A stretch of DNA of 64,000 nt from Mytilus edulis (taxonomy: Eukaryota), in contig NC_092349.1 in the NCBI RefSeq assembly GCF_963676685.1, forward strand, positions 79,422,001-79,486,000, in the 5' to 3' direction. Below are positions 25,397 through 38,400 of the stretch, one piece after another (position 1 is the stretch's first letter; each line of letters opens with the position of its first letter). The position numbers were made by a program, and so were the translations under genes. Under the pieces are notes generated by a model. The model saw only the letters and a list, made by a program, of their open reading frames with translations, was not told where the DNA came from and made no database searches.

Positions 25397-25460
25397 ATGA
25401 ATAGAATGTTTGTTTACATTTTTATGATGGTATTCGCTGTGGATAAAGTATCTACGTCAG
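25397..25460 (+). CDS. Gene A coding exon 1, signal peptide (MNRMFVYIFMMVFAVDKVSTS)
   Basis: ATG 25397; donor CAG|GTAAG; same 64-nt coding length in gene B. Confidence 0.8.
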
Positions 25461-25921
25461 GTAAGAAGAAAATAAAATCACATAAATTCTGAACTAATTT
25501 TTTATCGCATTACACATGGTGATATTACTACATGACTTTTTGTACATGGTACACCTTCATTTTCCCTCTACATGCTCTACGTCACCAACCAACGTTTATG
25601 CAATTTCCTACAAAATGTATTTAAATAATTTTCTATACCAAGTAAATAAGGTATGTTTTAAGTTATCACCAGAAAAAATTGTACCTCTTGTACAATGATT
25701 TTTATGAACACTCATATATTTTATCATAGTAACAAATGTGTATAATGATATTAAACGATACACTTATCCTCTTAATTTAAAAATATAGTACAAATGTATC
25801 ACATACTTTGGAAAAGCTGTTTTTCCGAATGTTGCCACTTTTATTAGTCTAAAAAATGCAATCAAAGACTTGTCCATAATTATAATAAAGATATCTTTTA
25901 TCAAATTTAATTTGCTTTCAG

Positions 25922-26248
25922 CTTCGTGGAATCTAACAACCTTGCCCGTTAGCTTTGGAAAAGACGTTATTTTGTGGTGCTACATGGGTGAGAAAAAGGA
26001 AAACAATTTTTCAAAACAACAAACAGATCTTCGACAGTGGACAGGAGGCCAACAATACGATTTGCTTTGTATGGATAATAAATGCCTAAATCCATTTAAG
26101 TATGAAATGTTAACACGAAATAACAGTCAAGATTTTGGGTTATTGATTCACAATTTAAGTGAATCAGATTTGGATTGTCAATACACGTGTTCCTGTGGAT
26201 TTTCTGATTTCACTAAGAAACTATCTGTCGAACCAAACCATGTTATGT
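25922..26248 (+). CDS. Gene A coding exon 2, V-like Ig domain
   Basis: 327-nt phase 1-1 exon; VILWC, RQWTGG and ESDLDCQYTC match the Ig B-, C- and F-strand motifs. Confidence 0.9.
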
Positions 26249-26366
26249 GTAAGTACTTGTAAGTTTTAAAACATGCATAAAAAGTTTAATTGAGTTGTAT
26301 ATCATCCTACATTTTGTTTACATTTAGTAACAAAAGAGACCGGAAATACGAAAAATGACAACCACT

Positions 26367-27215
26367 CAGGGTTTCCGCTGGCGGTCGCCATTTTCGCAAT
26401 TTGCGAAAAAATAATAATAGTGGCGATAAAAATTCGTCATTTGCGAAAGAATTTGGCGAAAGAAATATATAAACCGATTTATTTTCCTCCATCTTGTTTA
26501 TTTACTTTTTTTCGAGTTTCTCGGACTTTACCCGATCAGACAATACTCGGAATTCACCTTGACCTCATTAAGATTTACACAGAAAATCAATAATCAGCTG
26601 ATTGCATTTTATAGCTATCGGCAACAAAGGACTAATTAATAAAGGTGTTGATTGAATTGTTTCACAAAATGATATGGTCAAATGGCTTCCGCTATAAATG
26701 TCACATACAGAATTTATTTACATCTTTGCGACGCACGTGTTTGAAGCAAGTCCCTTTAAAGATAGTTTTGAAAAGAAAGCTGTTGTTGTGACGAAAATTG
26801 TTCAAAAGCAAGAAAAATCTCCGATTTAAAACTTTAATTCTTTTATCCTTTGACTTTAATAAAGGCGTTTGAGTGACACATGCACGTGTTTCAAGCATAG
26901 TTGTACGTCTCAACTTTTGAATTTACGATGGTCAAGAAAAGAAAACTGTCGTTATGAAAAAATCTATCCAAAAGGCTGGGAACAACCCCTCGAATGAGAG
27001 TAACCCTTCAATGTAATGACTACACATGAAATGAGGGATCAATTTCATGTGATAAAAGCTTTTGTTTTGTTGTAAAAATTACTACTTAGTACAAAAGGGC
27101 ACAACAGGAAAAATATATTTATGTTACTTGGCGAAAAAAATAATAAAGTGGCGAAAAATATATTGTTTTGGCGAAAGAGGTGGCGAAAAAAATAATTGAC
27201 CCAGGGGAAACCCTG
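26367..27215. mobile_element. hAT-type MITE in gene A intron
   Basis: 15-bp TIR CAGGGTTTCC(G/C)CTGG; perfect 8-bp TSD CAACCACT (26359-26366, 27216-27223); TGGCGA subterminal repeats. Confidence 0.93.
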
Positions 27216-27493
27216 CAACCACTGTATATCCAATCAAACATTCAGACATAGACAAAATGTCTTTAAAAATGTGGCAATTCCATAATTTAAAGATTTATTT
27301 GAATTTCATACATTTGAAAAAGACAAATAAAAGATTTTTTTAGCGCGATTTGTTAACCCATATGATATTGACGTCAAAGATATTTATTAATTGAATGAGC
27401 AATTAGCATTGTTTGAATAATTTTATTATCGAATGTGATATATTATAATTGACATATTGTTCTATGTTAATATTTTGTTAATTTCCATTATAG

Positions 27494-27612
27494 CTCTACC
27501 AGCTAATCAAACAACAATAACAAATGGAAAAAATATCAACAATGGCAACTTGAAAATAGAAATCATGCTTGATAAGGTGAATCCTGTTCCGCATTGTTCA
27601 GCACTATTTAAG
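27494..27612 (+). CDS. Gene A coding exon 3, first half of domain 2
   Basis: TAG acceptor, AAG|GTGAGA donor; ...IEIMLDKVNPVPHCSALFK; 119 nt as in gene B. Confidence 0.85.
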
Positions 27613-27842
27613 GTGAGAAGGCAAATTACTTAATATTACTAATTAATTCAATTACATACCGAAACACTTTTTACATTCAGCATAAAAATAATGTAGAAAC
27701 AAATACAGTACCGAATGGTACATTTTCCATTCATTTTAATGAAGTAATATTATGTTATGTTTGAGGTAGTGAGATATAAAAATTTACATTAAATCAATAA
27801 TTAAGTAAGGTACTCAAAACAGACCATTCCTCTTTTTTGCAG

Positions 27843-28023
27843 GGTCAGTTTATCAATGAGACAACTGTTACTGTGATGAGGTGGTACACATATCATAACG
27901 ATGTCAGAGTGATTTATAATTTTCCTGTTGACGATATCGGATGTGAAGGGAGACTGCAAATACTGTGCACACTTGTGTATCGTAATGTTACAATTTTTGA
28001 CGAAGACATAGACATGTGTCTAA
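27843..28023 (+). CDS. Gene A coding exon 4, second half of domain 2
   Basis: TTTTTTGCAG acceptor, GTAAGT donor; 181 nt; 45/60 aa identical to gene B. Confidence 0.9.
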
Positions 28024-28365
28024 GTAAGTTTATACTTTTTTTTGGTCTGAATTGCTGTTACTTCTGTTTCGTCTTGCATTGTACAGTAGTAAAAAATGTC
28101 AATGCAAACACTGTAAAGTTGTGCAGTAAACTTGTATCTAATATTTTATTTAACTTTCATAGTTAGTACCTTGCATGTAATAAGTCAAAAATTTAACACG
28201 GCGTTTTCTCCAGTTGACTATCATGTAACATTGGAGAAGACAAAGACAATGTGAACGTAACATTAAACAGGGCTTTTTAATGTGTATTTAAATATATTCT
28301 CATTCTTAATGGCTTTTGAAAATGTGTCTCTTTTCATTAATCTTATGATTGTTTTTAATTTATAG

Positions 28366-28458
28366 AAGAGGAAGCAAGCATGCTGATAATGACTTCACTA
28401 GCCATCGGATTTTCAGGATGTGTTATAATATTGTCGATTTGCATATGGTTGACTAAAA
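28366..28458 (+). CDS. Gene A coding exon 5, transmembrane helix
   Basis: 93-nt phase 1-1 exon, MLIMTSLAIGFSGCVIILSICIWLTK; GTAAGT donor. Confidence 0.85.
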
Positions 28459-28484
28459 GTAAGTTTAATATTCTATTTAATGAG

Positions 28485-29095
28485 ACACATAATAGATTTA
28501 GTGATCACTTACATCTTATATATCAAAGTGAACTTGAAATTAAAGATATTATAGACACAGATAAATCTGCTTCATATTTAGACCTTTTTCTCGAAATGAC
28601 CACTGATTGTAGGTTGAATACCAAAATTGATGACAATCGTGATGATTTTAATTTTCCTATAGTCAACTTTCCATTTCTGTGTAGCAACATCCCAGCGGCA
28701 CCAAAAGCTAAGTACGTTGATTTTGATGAACGAGGAATACTGCTTTCTCAAAAGTTGCTAAGACAGGGCTATGAATCAAACAAATTGAGGTCATTACTCA
28801 AGAAATTTTACGGACGCCATCATCAGCTGATTGGCCACTGTGACAAAAGTGTGTCAGAAATCATATCTGATATTCTTACTCAGTCATAATAATATACCGA
28901 ACTAAAAGAAGAAATAACACGACGGGTGCCGTATACGGTGCAGTAAATGCTTACCCTTCCGGGGCACCTAATTTAACTCCCGGGTTTTAGTGGAGTTCTT
29001 GTTGTTTCTTATTCATTATTTATAACTGTTTATGTAGATGTCCTTTGGTTTTGTGAGTCTTTGTTTACTCCTTGGTTTTGATTGTTGTTGTCTTA
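28485..29095 (+). mobile_element. Penelope-like 3' fragment (RT C-terminus and 3' UTR) in the intron after the gene A TM exon
   Basis: ELEIKD..SASYLDL..RDDFNFPIVNFPFLCSNIP..LKKFYGRH, homologous to 8880-9216; absent in gene B. Confidence 0.85.
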
Positions 29096-29995
29096 TGACA
29101 CTTCGTTTAGTCAAATACAATGTAAATTTACTCCCCATAGACACCAGCGTAATATTTTGTGTGCCGGACGGGTGATAATTCTACACAAAACTTTATCAGA
29201 ATAACAAAAAGTAGCAACGATTAAATACAGTATAACATTGTAGAGAATTTTTTGTCAAATACCGATAGGGTGGGGTTCGTGTCCTTTATTCTTTAGTTTT
29301 CTATGTTGTGTCATGTGTACTATTGTTTGTCTGTTTGTCTTTTTCATTTTTAGCCATGGCGTAATGAGTTTATTTCCGATTTATGAGTTTGACTGTCCCT
29401 CTGGTATCTTTCGTCCCTCTTTTATCTTCATGTGTATTCCTTGGTTATTATTCCAAACGGTTTATATATAAGGATGCTATATCATTATTATTCATGTCAA
29501 AACAGAAGTGCTGACCAAAGGGATAGTGATCCTGACGGCAAAGAAAACTTATCATATATATATAATCACCTGAATGAATTTTTTTTACGCCAAATGCTCG
29601 TTTTGTTAACCAAAGACTCAACCATGTCAACAGTAACGCTTGAATATAAACGTTAAAAAGGCCAGCATACGCAGAATCAAATTTACGGCTGCTTGGATTA
29701 ATACAAACTATATTCATTGTTTTAATAGCTCTTTAAATCAGTTGAGATGAATAGAAATAAGCAGCCTACGTTGATACGTTTCAAACGATCAAAAGATGAA
29801 CGTAGAATTCGATTACTCAATCGTATTGTATTGTTCAATTTATTAGTAGTTTTAAAAATATTTCGTACCAAATAGTTTTGTTTTTAACATATAGTTGAAA
29901 GTCTAAAATGTTTGGACTTGACAGGTATAAAGTTTTATCTTAACATAAACATGATCAACACTCACAATATAATTTCAACTTTTTCTTTTTGAAAG

Positions 29996-30141
29996 GACGT
30001 AAGGACCAGTTTGATTTACGATGCTGGACCAACGGAAAGAAGAAACAAATGGACAGTACAATTGTCAATCAAGTGCAATTACTGACTCCTTCAGAAAAAT
30101 ATCATCATGAAAAAGAAACATCAACAATGATAGACGTCTAG
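29996..30141 (+). CDS. Gene A coding exon 6, cytoplasmic tail
   Basis: Polypyrimidine tract plus AAG acceptor; RRKDQFDLRCWTNGKKKQ...ETSTMIDV*; basic stop-transfer cluster; homologous sequence in gene B. Confidence 0.7.
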
Positions 30142-30963
30142 TCAATATTTGTTTATCATCATGATTGTGAACATTTGCAATACGTTTCAAGTGTACTGTA
30201 CTGATGCTTGTGTTATCACGACACAGTAACATTTGGCAGTTCAATGATGTCATTCTGTGAAATGACCCCGGACCAACCGGTTTAACTCTTTATTAACAAG
30301 AGAACTAGAGATACGTACATTGATAAAAACATGATTTGTCCACCAATTAAATACTAATGTACTGCTTATGATTGTTGATTAAACAGAAGATATCAAAGTC
30401 AGGAAACACCATCCATTACTATGAATCAAGATAGTGCATTTTAGCGTAAGAAGGTCCTATCAATGAATTTTATCAGTATCTAAGCAGAATTGTATTTTGT
30501 ATTTATTGTATTAAATCAATTTTCTAATATGATATGACTACCATGAAGGTCTTTCACAATCAGTTTTTTGAGAGTACCATTTCATTATGTGAAGTCATCT
30601 GTAAATATGTCCTATTCATGACCAGCAAGTATTATTTCATATTTCAAGGTGCAGCTAAACGTGTTATAATTGTTTTATGTGTTGTAGATAAAGGAAAGTG
30701 TTAAGATTCATTGATAAGTCGTGTATAATTGGTATTATTTATTGTAATAATGAATTCAAAAGTGTGATTGTGAAAATGGATGCATTTCATGAAGTCCTTA
30801 GCCTTTGGCAATTGCTGATAACCAATTTGAAAGGCTTCATTTACAAGATTTAGATTAGACAAGTACAGGTATCAGTTTTCGAAGACGAACATAACATTGT
30901 GAACTTGTTAAGTGCTTTCAACAATTATGATATTAATAATTTTTTTTTATAAAATATGTTTTA

Positions 30964-30969
30964 AATAAA
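30964..30969 (+). terminator. Putative poly(A) signal of gene A
   Basis: AATAAA at the end of a 3' UTR block conserved with gene B (57822-57827). Confidence 0.5.
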
Positions 30970-33289
30970 GCCTATTGAGAACTATATAGGTTACGTTGAA
31001 TATTTTATACTGCTTTTCTTCTTCATACCAAATAGTTAAAGCGGTAATGATCATCCATTCATCAATGACCGGAAAATTTAAATAACAGATATAATGTTAA
31101 ATCGCAAAAATTCAAAAGGGAAATTCCCTAATCAAATGGCAAAATCAAATGAGTAAAACATCAAACGAAAGGACAACAACTGTCATATTTCTGACTTGGA
31201 ACAGGCATTTTCAAATGTAGAAAATGTTGAATTGGACCTGGTTTTATAGCGCTAAACCTCTCACTTGTATGACAGTTGCATCAAATTCCAGGTTCCTTGC
31301 TTATTGTATATTGTGTTTATGTGTGTTGAATTAAGGAATAAAAGGAAATGACACAATACATTTAGTGCGTCAGAAGGGCTTTTCATGATTTCAATCATTT
31401 CCGAACCAGGGATGCATTGCTAACTTATAGCGCAAAAGGACATGTTAAATAGAGGAACGAAATTATGTTTGTCATTTTGGGACATTTATAGCCGACCGGT
31501 TGAGTTTGTATCAATGTTAAAGGAGGTATGATTGCCTTACATGTACTTCGTTTAAATTTTGGTAGATAGTTGTCTTATTGGCAATCATACCACATCTTAT
31601 TGTAATACAGAAAAAAAACCAGCAAATTATATAACATTGTACACGAGACATCTTATATAGATGATTTCCTGTCAACGAATTGTCCTGATTTCGTATAACG
31701 ATGATGTTCAAATTATAAAACCGCAATCCTGTTTTCTCTTCTTTGATTGGGGAGTAATACATGGAGCCTCATATTCGGATTTTTGTAACAGCACAACACT
31801 TGCTCCAACATATAGAACTGTGGCGTAAGTTATACTGAAATGCTCACGACGTATGACCTATTCTACTCGTATAATATTTTGAGGAAAATTTCGAATAAAA
31901 CAAGAAGTTGTAGTATGTTGGCAATTGAGGCAACCCACTACAACAGACCAAATGACACAGAAATGTTTATCTATTAGTCATGATACAGTCTTCAACAATA
32001 CCGCTTCATCAGCTATAAAAGTCCCCGGAATGACAAATGGAAAACAATTCAACTAGAAAATTAACGGCCTCATTCAAGCACAAAAAATGAACGAATCACA
32101 AATAGGTAACACATCATCAAACGACAACCAAGGAATTATTTGGCTATTTCATTAGGGTCTTTCTGTTTTGAATTTTCTTCGGAGTTCAGTATTTTTGTGA
32201 TTTTACTTTTTACAGACTTCTGACTTGGGACAGGCACATGCACAAATAATGTGGTGCGGTCAATCATGTCAGTGGGATCCAAACCCTCATCCTCACCTGG
32301 GACATAGGTTTAACAGTACAACATAAGAACGAACTATATACATCAGTAGAAAAAGGCTTAGGGAAGGGTTGGGATACCGCGAACATGTTAAATCCCGCCA
32401 CATTATTTATGTATCTGCCTGTCTGAAGTCAGGAGCTTGTTATTCAGTGGTCGTTTGTTTATGCGTAACATATTTGTTTTTAGTTCATTTTTTTTTATAT
32501 ATAATTATGCCGTTAGTTTTCTGGTTTGAATTGTTTTACATTGTCATATCGGGGCCTTTTATAGCTGACTATGGCCTTAGTTCATTGTTGAAGGCCGTAC
32601 AGTGACCTATAGTTGTTAATGTCTGTGTCATTTTGGTTTCTTGTGAACAGTTGTCTCATTGGCAATCCTACCACATCTTCTTTTTTTATATTAACTCATC
32701 AGATAGATACAAATAAAAATACAATTAACAAAAACAGAGTGGACCTGGCCGGGTACTAAACATATACTTGTATTTCCCAACAACAAAAACACACTAAGGT
32801 AAGATCTAAGAGTTCTTTCAGATATTGTCACAGTTAGTTCAAAGCAACTAACAACTAATAACAGCAATCATGCATCTAAGGCTAAATTATCAATCAGTAC
32901 ACACCCAAGGTTGTCTTTGTCTTAGATATGACGACACAATAATATTCCTCTGATCCTACAAAGCACGTTTTGTTGTAACCAGTGACTAATCTGTATTTTC
33001 AAACATACAAACTGTCAGATGATAACACGGTTCACGTCTGTGAGAAATACAAAACAAATGTTCACAGCTAATTGTATAGAGTTATAGCATCTCATTATCA
33101 TATCTTATATTATATTCAAGATACAAAATGACGTTAATTTGTTTCTGATAGAAGGGAGTATTTCAGAAAAATACAAGTTTTGAGATCAGATTTCATGAAA
33201 TTTTGATAATTTTTGTTTAACTGTTATATTTACAAAACCTATGCTCATAAAATGATATTATTTATATAATACTTTTAGTATTCAAAACG

Positions 33290-34532
33290 AATTAAAATAT
33301 TTTAAAAGTTACTCTTTGCAAGAAATACCGGTAATGTTATATCTAATGGTGTTTGTATTGGAATTGGAAATGAACAACTACAAATCGTTGAGCAAAACAA
33401 GTACCTGGGCGTTATTTTTAGCGAGAAACTTAAATATACTGCTGCAGCGGATGCATTTGTCAAAGCCGGTGGTAGAGGACTTGGTGCTGCTATTTTAAAA
33501 GTTCATTCATACAAAGGAATTGGATTTAAAACCTTTGAAACTGTGTTTAACTTCTGTGTCAGCCCTGTTTTAGATTATTTTTCTGGTGTTTGGGGCTACA
33601 ATACTTATAATGGCATTGATATGATACAAAACAGAGCAGTACGTTATGTCTGTGGTTTACATCGGTTTGCACCCATTATATCATTAAACAGTTAATTTGG
33701 CTGGTTACCACCAATGCAGAAAAAATTGTTAAATATGGCACGCCTATGAAACCGTGTCATTCTTATGGACGACGAGAGACTCACGAAAAAAGTTTTCGAG
33801 TGGGAGTATAAGATTACTAGTAATTGATTATGGTTTACACAAGCTATGGACATCTTTAATAAACTTGGTTTAAGTTACCTCTATGAAACAAAACAAATAG
33901 TGGACATACCAGAAGCTTAAGAAAAACTTTTATGTTATACTGAAAGTGAATGGAAATACAAATCTGCTTTATCACCGAAACTACGAACATTTGTGACCTT
34001 CAAAGAAAATTACGAACTAGAACAGTATATCACATCACGTCTAAACAAGAACGATCGGCTCTTTCCCAATTAAGATGTGGGATTGTTCCTATACGCATTG
34101 AGACTGGAAGGTTCCGTAACGAAGCGCTACCAGACCGAATATGTGTACTGTGTGAAAAGCAAGAGGTCGAAGATGAAAAACATTTTATGTTAAACTGTCC
34201 ATGTTATGACAAACTTAGACAAAGGTTTCTACCTATGGCCGCATTAGACAATTTTAGTGACAATAGCGAAAAACTTATCCTTTTATTGAAATACTATCAA
34301 ATTCAAACTGCAAAATGTTTAAATTCAGCTTCCATTCATAGAAAAAAACAACTTTACGTCTAATTCTGTATTTTTATTTTGTAAACTTTTACGTTTTTGG
34401 ATATGATTTTATATTGCTTAAGTGACATATAGGTCCAATGGGCCGGGTGTAAATATCAAATTGTTATGTATATAATTGTATAAATGTATGTTGTAATACA
34501 CATGTCACTATATAAATAATTACTTACTTACT
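33290..34532 (+). mobile_element. Decayed LINE 3' fragment
   Basis: YKYLG-like and DYFSGVWG motifs with stops; C-terminal IETGR..RICVLC..EDEKHFMLNC zinc-finger; (TTAC)n tail at ~34520-34532. Confidence 0.85.
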
Positions 34533-35439
34533 ATATCTTATGGTGTTTGTATACGTACGCGCGTTATTATTAGAGCAAAGTGTAACATTAAAATTACTAT
34601 TCAAGACAAAACATGTTAAGTGATACAAAATCCGTAAAAACCCATAGATAATTGTTGTTATTGACGTCAATAAAGGTATACGTGTATTACATGTATTATT
34701 AGGTCACGTTGATAATTTGAAACTGGAGGTGATTTCCCCCAATGTCCTATCGTTTATGTTTGTAATATTAACTGATGTGCACGAATATCAAATCAACGAA
34801 AATATCAAAGTACATTGAAATGTTACTAACTAGTCTTTGTGCGGTCGTAAAAAGTACAAATATATACTAGTTGCGGGTTGTGCATGTTTTAAACTGAAAA
34901 TATTTCTGTGTACATATTTTTGTATATACTCAGATACAACAAAACGAATTAGCAGTTTCGGTTAGCGTGATTTGTTCTTCAAAGTTTGCCGGTTGTCGTT
35001 TGTTTTTGTTTATAGTTTTATGCATAAACCAGGCTGAAAGTTTTCTCGTATGAACATTTTTGTGTGTTTGCTATTACAGAGTCTTTCATAGTTAATGTTT
35101 GTATATTTGTCGCTCGTTGAATTTTGCTTGTCACTATAATCTGTGTCATTTAATTGGTGTCTGGCCAAGGTTGTCTCATTGAAAATCATACCGAATTTCT
35201 TACAAGAGTTCTATCCTATATATTAAATTCCCTTAGCAGCTGTACGACGGACAACTGGTGCAAAGTAAAGAAAATATGAGTCAACGGTCACAGTACACCA
35301 ATGCTTAAAAAACCCCACATAAAGTCAGTTATATACGCGAAATGGCATATATGAAACAACTCAAACGAGTTCTAATTGAATTACGAATGCGGTAGAACTA
35401 ATTTTAAACGTTAATACTTTTAATGAAAATCCTATCTTG

Positions 35440-38400
35440 CAAAGTTGAAACTGTTCATGCTCAGTAAATACAAATTAGGCACGTGTTACTACTATGACTC
35501 TGAGAATCATAACTAAAGGAGCTCCAATTGAAACATATAAGACGAAATATTGATGCATGCATATATCGGCGGCGAAAAATTATGACTAATATTTTTATAA
35601 ATAGTTAACAATAATAAATCTATGAGTAATAATGTTACTCTAACTTATCATTTTGATGAAAATAAACCGGTAAAGGTCTTTACATCAAAGGCATAATTGA
35701 GATGTAGTGTTTGAAACAGGTCATATATATTTGAAAGAGGGTTAAAGGACATGTTTACTAGATACTTTGTGTACTATTTGTCGTTTAAAAGGGTATTTAG
35801 TGCAGATGATCTAATTGTTTAGAAGGTAATTTGATAAAACAAAACATCCACGGGTTATTTATCTCTTTTATCATCAATGAAATAAACTAAAAACCCTATT
35901 TTATTTATTCAGTATTACAATTTATCAACATAATTTATTTGATTAACACAAGTACATGTATATTGGTCAATATTTGTTTTAGCATAAACCACATTATTGA
36001 ACTCTCTTGTTATTATGATTTTAAAGTTTGTATACTTGGATTTTGTCAATGCAGTCTATAATACATGTAAGTTTTAATCATGTCCCTTTGTTTGTCATAT
36101 AGTTATTAACCTAAATGCAAACTTTGTTTTTCCGTGATTTTCAAATGTTTATAGCGTTAATGATGAGAATATCCAGAAAAAACGATGTGGACGCACGAGA
36201 TTTAAAAAGTATTAATTTCATCTATGTCGATGGACCTGTTAAATTTAAAAGAAAACATTATTACATTGACATGTAGGTGACGCAAAAGAACTATATGAAA
36301 TCAAGACCAAAAACAAAGAAATAATACAGCTAAAGTCTTTTCAAAATTACATGTTACTATGAGAGCAAAACAACGGAACAACTGAATCACTGAAAATGAA
36401 AAATAAAATGAAAAAGACCAAAACACGTCCTTTTTTTGCTCTAGTTAATATATACAAAGTATTCTAAACAGACTGATTGAAAACCGTTTCATCTGTAAAT
36501 TGTTGATAAACGACCGGAATTCATTTGACTAGAGTAATGTTATATGTTATCATTGCTGTGTTCTTAATGCTATATATCTTCGTAATATTTTATTTGTCTT
36601 TGCAACCGATTTGAGCGCCACAGATGAGTTGTGTAAAGGCAAAAAATTCGTCTTGAGTACTGATTTATAAGTTTGTATACTTAATGATTTTGTGTATAAA
36701 CAAGGTCGACTCTACTGTTGCTGGACGTTTCGTCTCTGAGAGATCACCATTCTAAGATGTTTGCTTGTGTATATGTGATACATAGTATAATGCACCTATA
36801 TCAATGTGTTAAATGAATTAATATACATTCAGCTTTATTTATTGTATACTAAATTGTTCTAATTTTAGGAGCAAAAAGAAGTATATTGATGATTATTCTA
36901 TTGTTCTACTATCCTTTGGATGTCTTGTGTTTCTTATTACATATATTATTGATGTTTTAATTTTTTAAAAGAAGTAGGTCGTATATTATCAAATTTGAAA
37001 AAAAAACCATTCTTCTCACAGTTCGATCCTTACCTCATTATGTAAGATAAAGGTAGTTTCCCTTAAATTGAAATTCCCATGAATACAACTTGGTTGTCAA
37101 ATTAAACACTTTTCGAAAATGCAACTTGAACTTCTTCGTGGAATTCTTTATTGCATTTAACGAATAGATATATCGAGTCCACAATACAAAGCTTTCAACC
37201 AGATATATGATTTAATAAAGGAAACCTTGCAGGTTATATCAAACCAAAATTTCGTATACAAAGATATATAATTAATATTAAATATTTCATGAATACACTA
37301 AAAGCTAGCAAAACGTTGCAAAGAAACTTTATATTTTGGTGCGCTGAAAGTGTTTCAACTTGATTCAATCTTACTGCGAATGCTGAAAAACACACACTGA
37401 GTCGGATAGAAATAGAATATTATACACATCCAGGTGTACAAGAACTTGATAAGAATTTAATGCATTTCAAGACATTCAAATTCAAGTGTTAGGTTTTTAT
37501 AATAAATCAGTTTGAACACCATTACAGACTGCAAAGAGGTTGATCAACCTAAAATAAGTTTGAAATTGCATTTTATTGATAAACAAAAGATGAAATGTCT
37601 ATCATTTGAAGCTCAATTATATCAATGCTAATGCCACTATATTGAACTTAAGACACGTTAGGAGCTATAACAACGATGTTTATTTTTTAAGCTCTCAAAT
37701 ATTTTGTTGACTAGAGCCTTGTTAAAAGATGTCATAATTACCTTGAGATATTTTCTCTCGTTATTATACCCCAAACATCTTATTTGTAAATATGTTTTCT
37801 CATTGAAATATTACTACCTTATGACTTACTTTGATTTTGCAGAAAGTTTTCATTTAATATTCTTGTCTCACTTGACAAAGGTTGAAAGGATTCATATTTA
37901 TAACTTTCAATTTTATTTAAACATTTTTTTAAATCTAAAATATACAAATGAGGCATTTGTAACTGTGTATGCGACATGTATTTCAAGTAACTGAGCAATG
38001 GTTAATCAATTTGGACTGATTAACTCTAATATATGTACAAACATGTGATTTTTCGTTAGTATTTTCGTAGTATTGTGACGGAAAAAATGATCAATACCTA
38101 CATTTATTTTAAATCTTGGCTTTCTGAAAGTACAACATTCAGATGTATTTTAAATAAATCTTTTTATTTTTGTGCTGGGCTGTGCTAATCAGTTCATGTA
38201 GAACTGTTTTTAAATTTTAAGTAAGGATCAGTGATCCAAATCGTTTGGTGGTTATTGTGTAGTTAACGTTACCATTGATAAATGTACTAATATGAGTCGT
38301 TGTTTTGAGAAGGTCAGAAAGGGCAGGAGTTGTATCGAATTAAATGTATTATTTGCATCCTGGAAATTCTTTTAATCACTGATGACGAATTAAATAATGA

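Larger units (their letters stand above)
25397..30141 (+). other. Gene A model: uncharacterised Ig-like type I membrane protein, 309 aa; join(25397-25460,25922-26248,27494-27612,27843-28023,28366-28458,29996-30141)
   Basis: All introns GT-AG; phases 1,1,0,1,1; the 930-nt spliced ORF is open; structure conserved in gene B. Confidence 0.85.

Noticed and set aside
28917-28975. SECIS element in the Penelope 3' UTR
   Set aside because: No AUGA/GA quartet with the right stem geometry in this copy.
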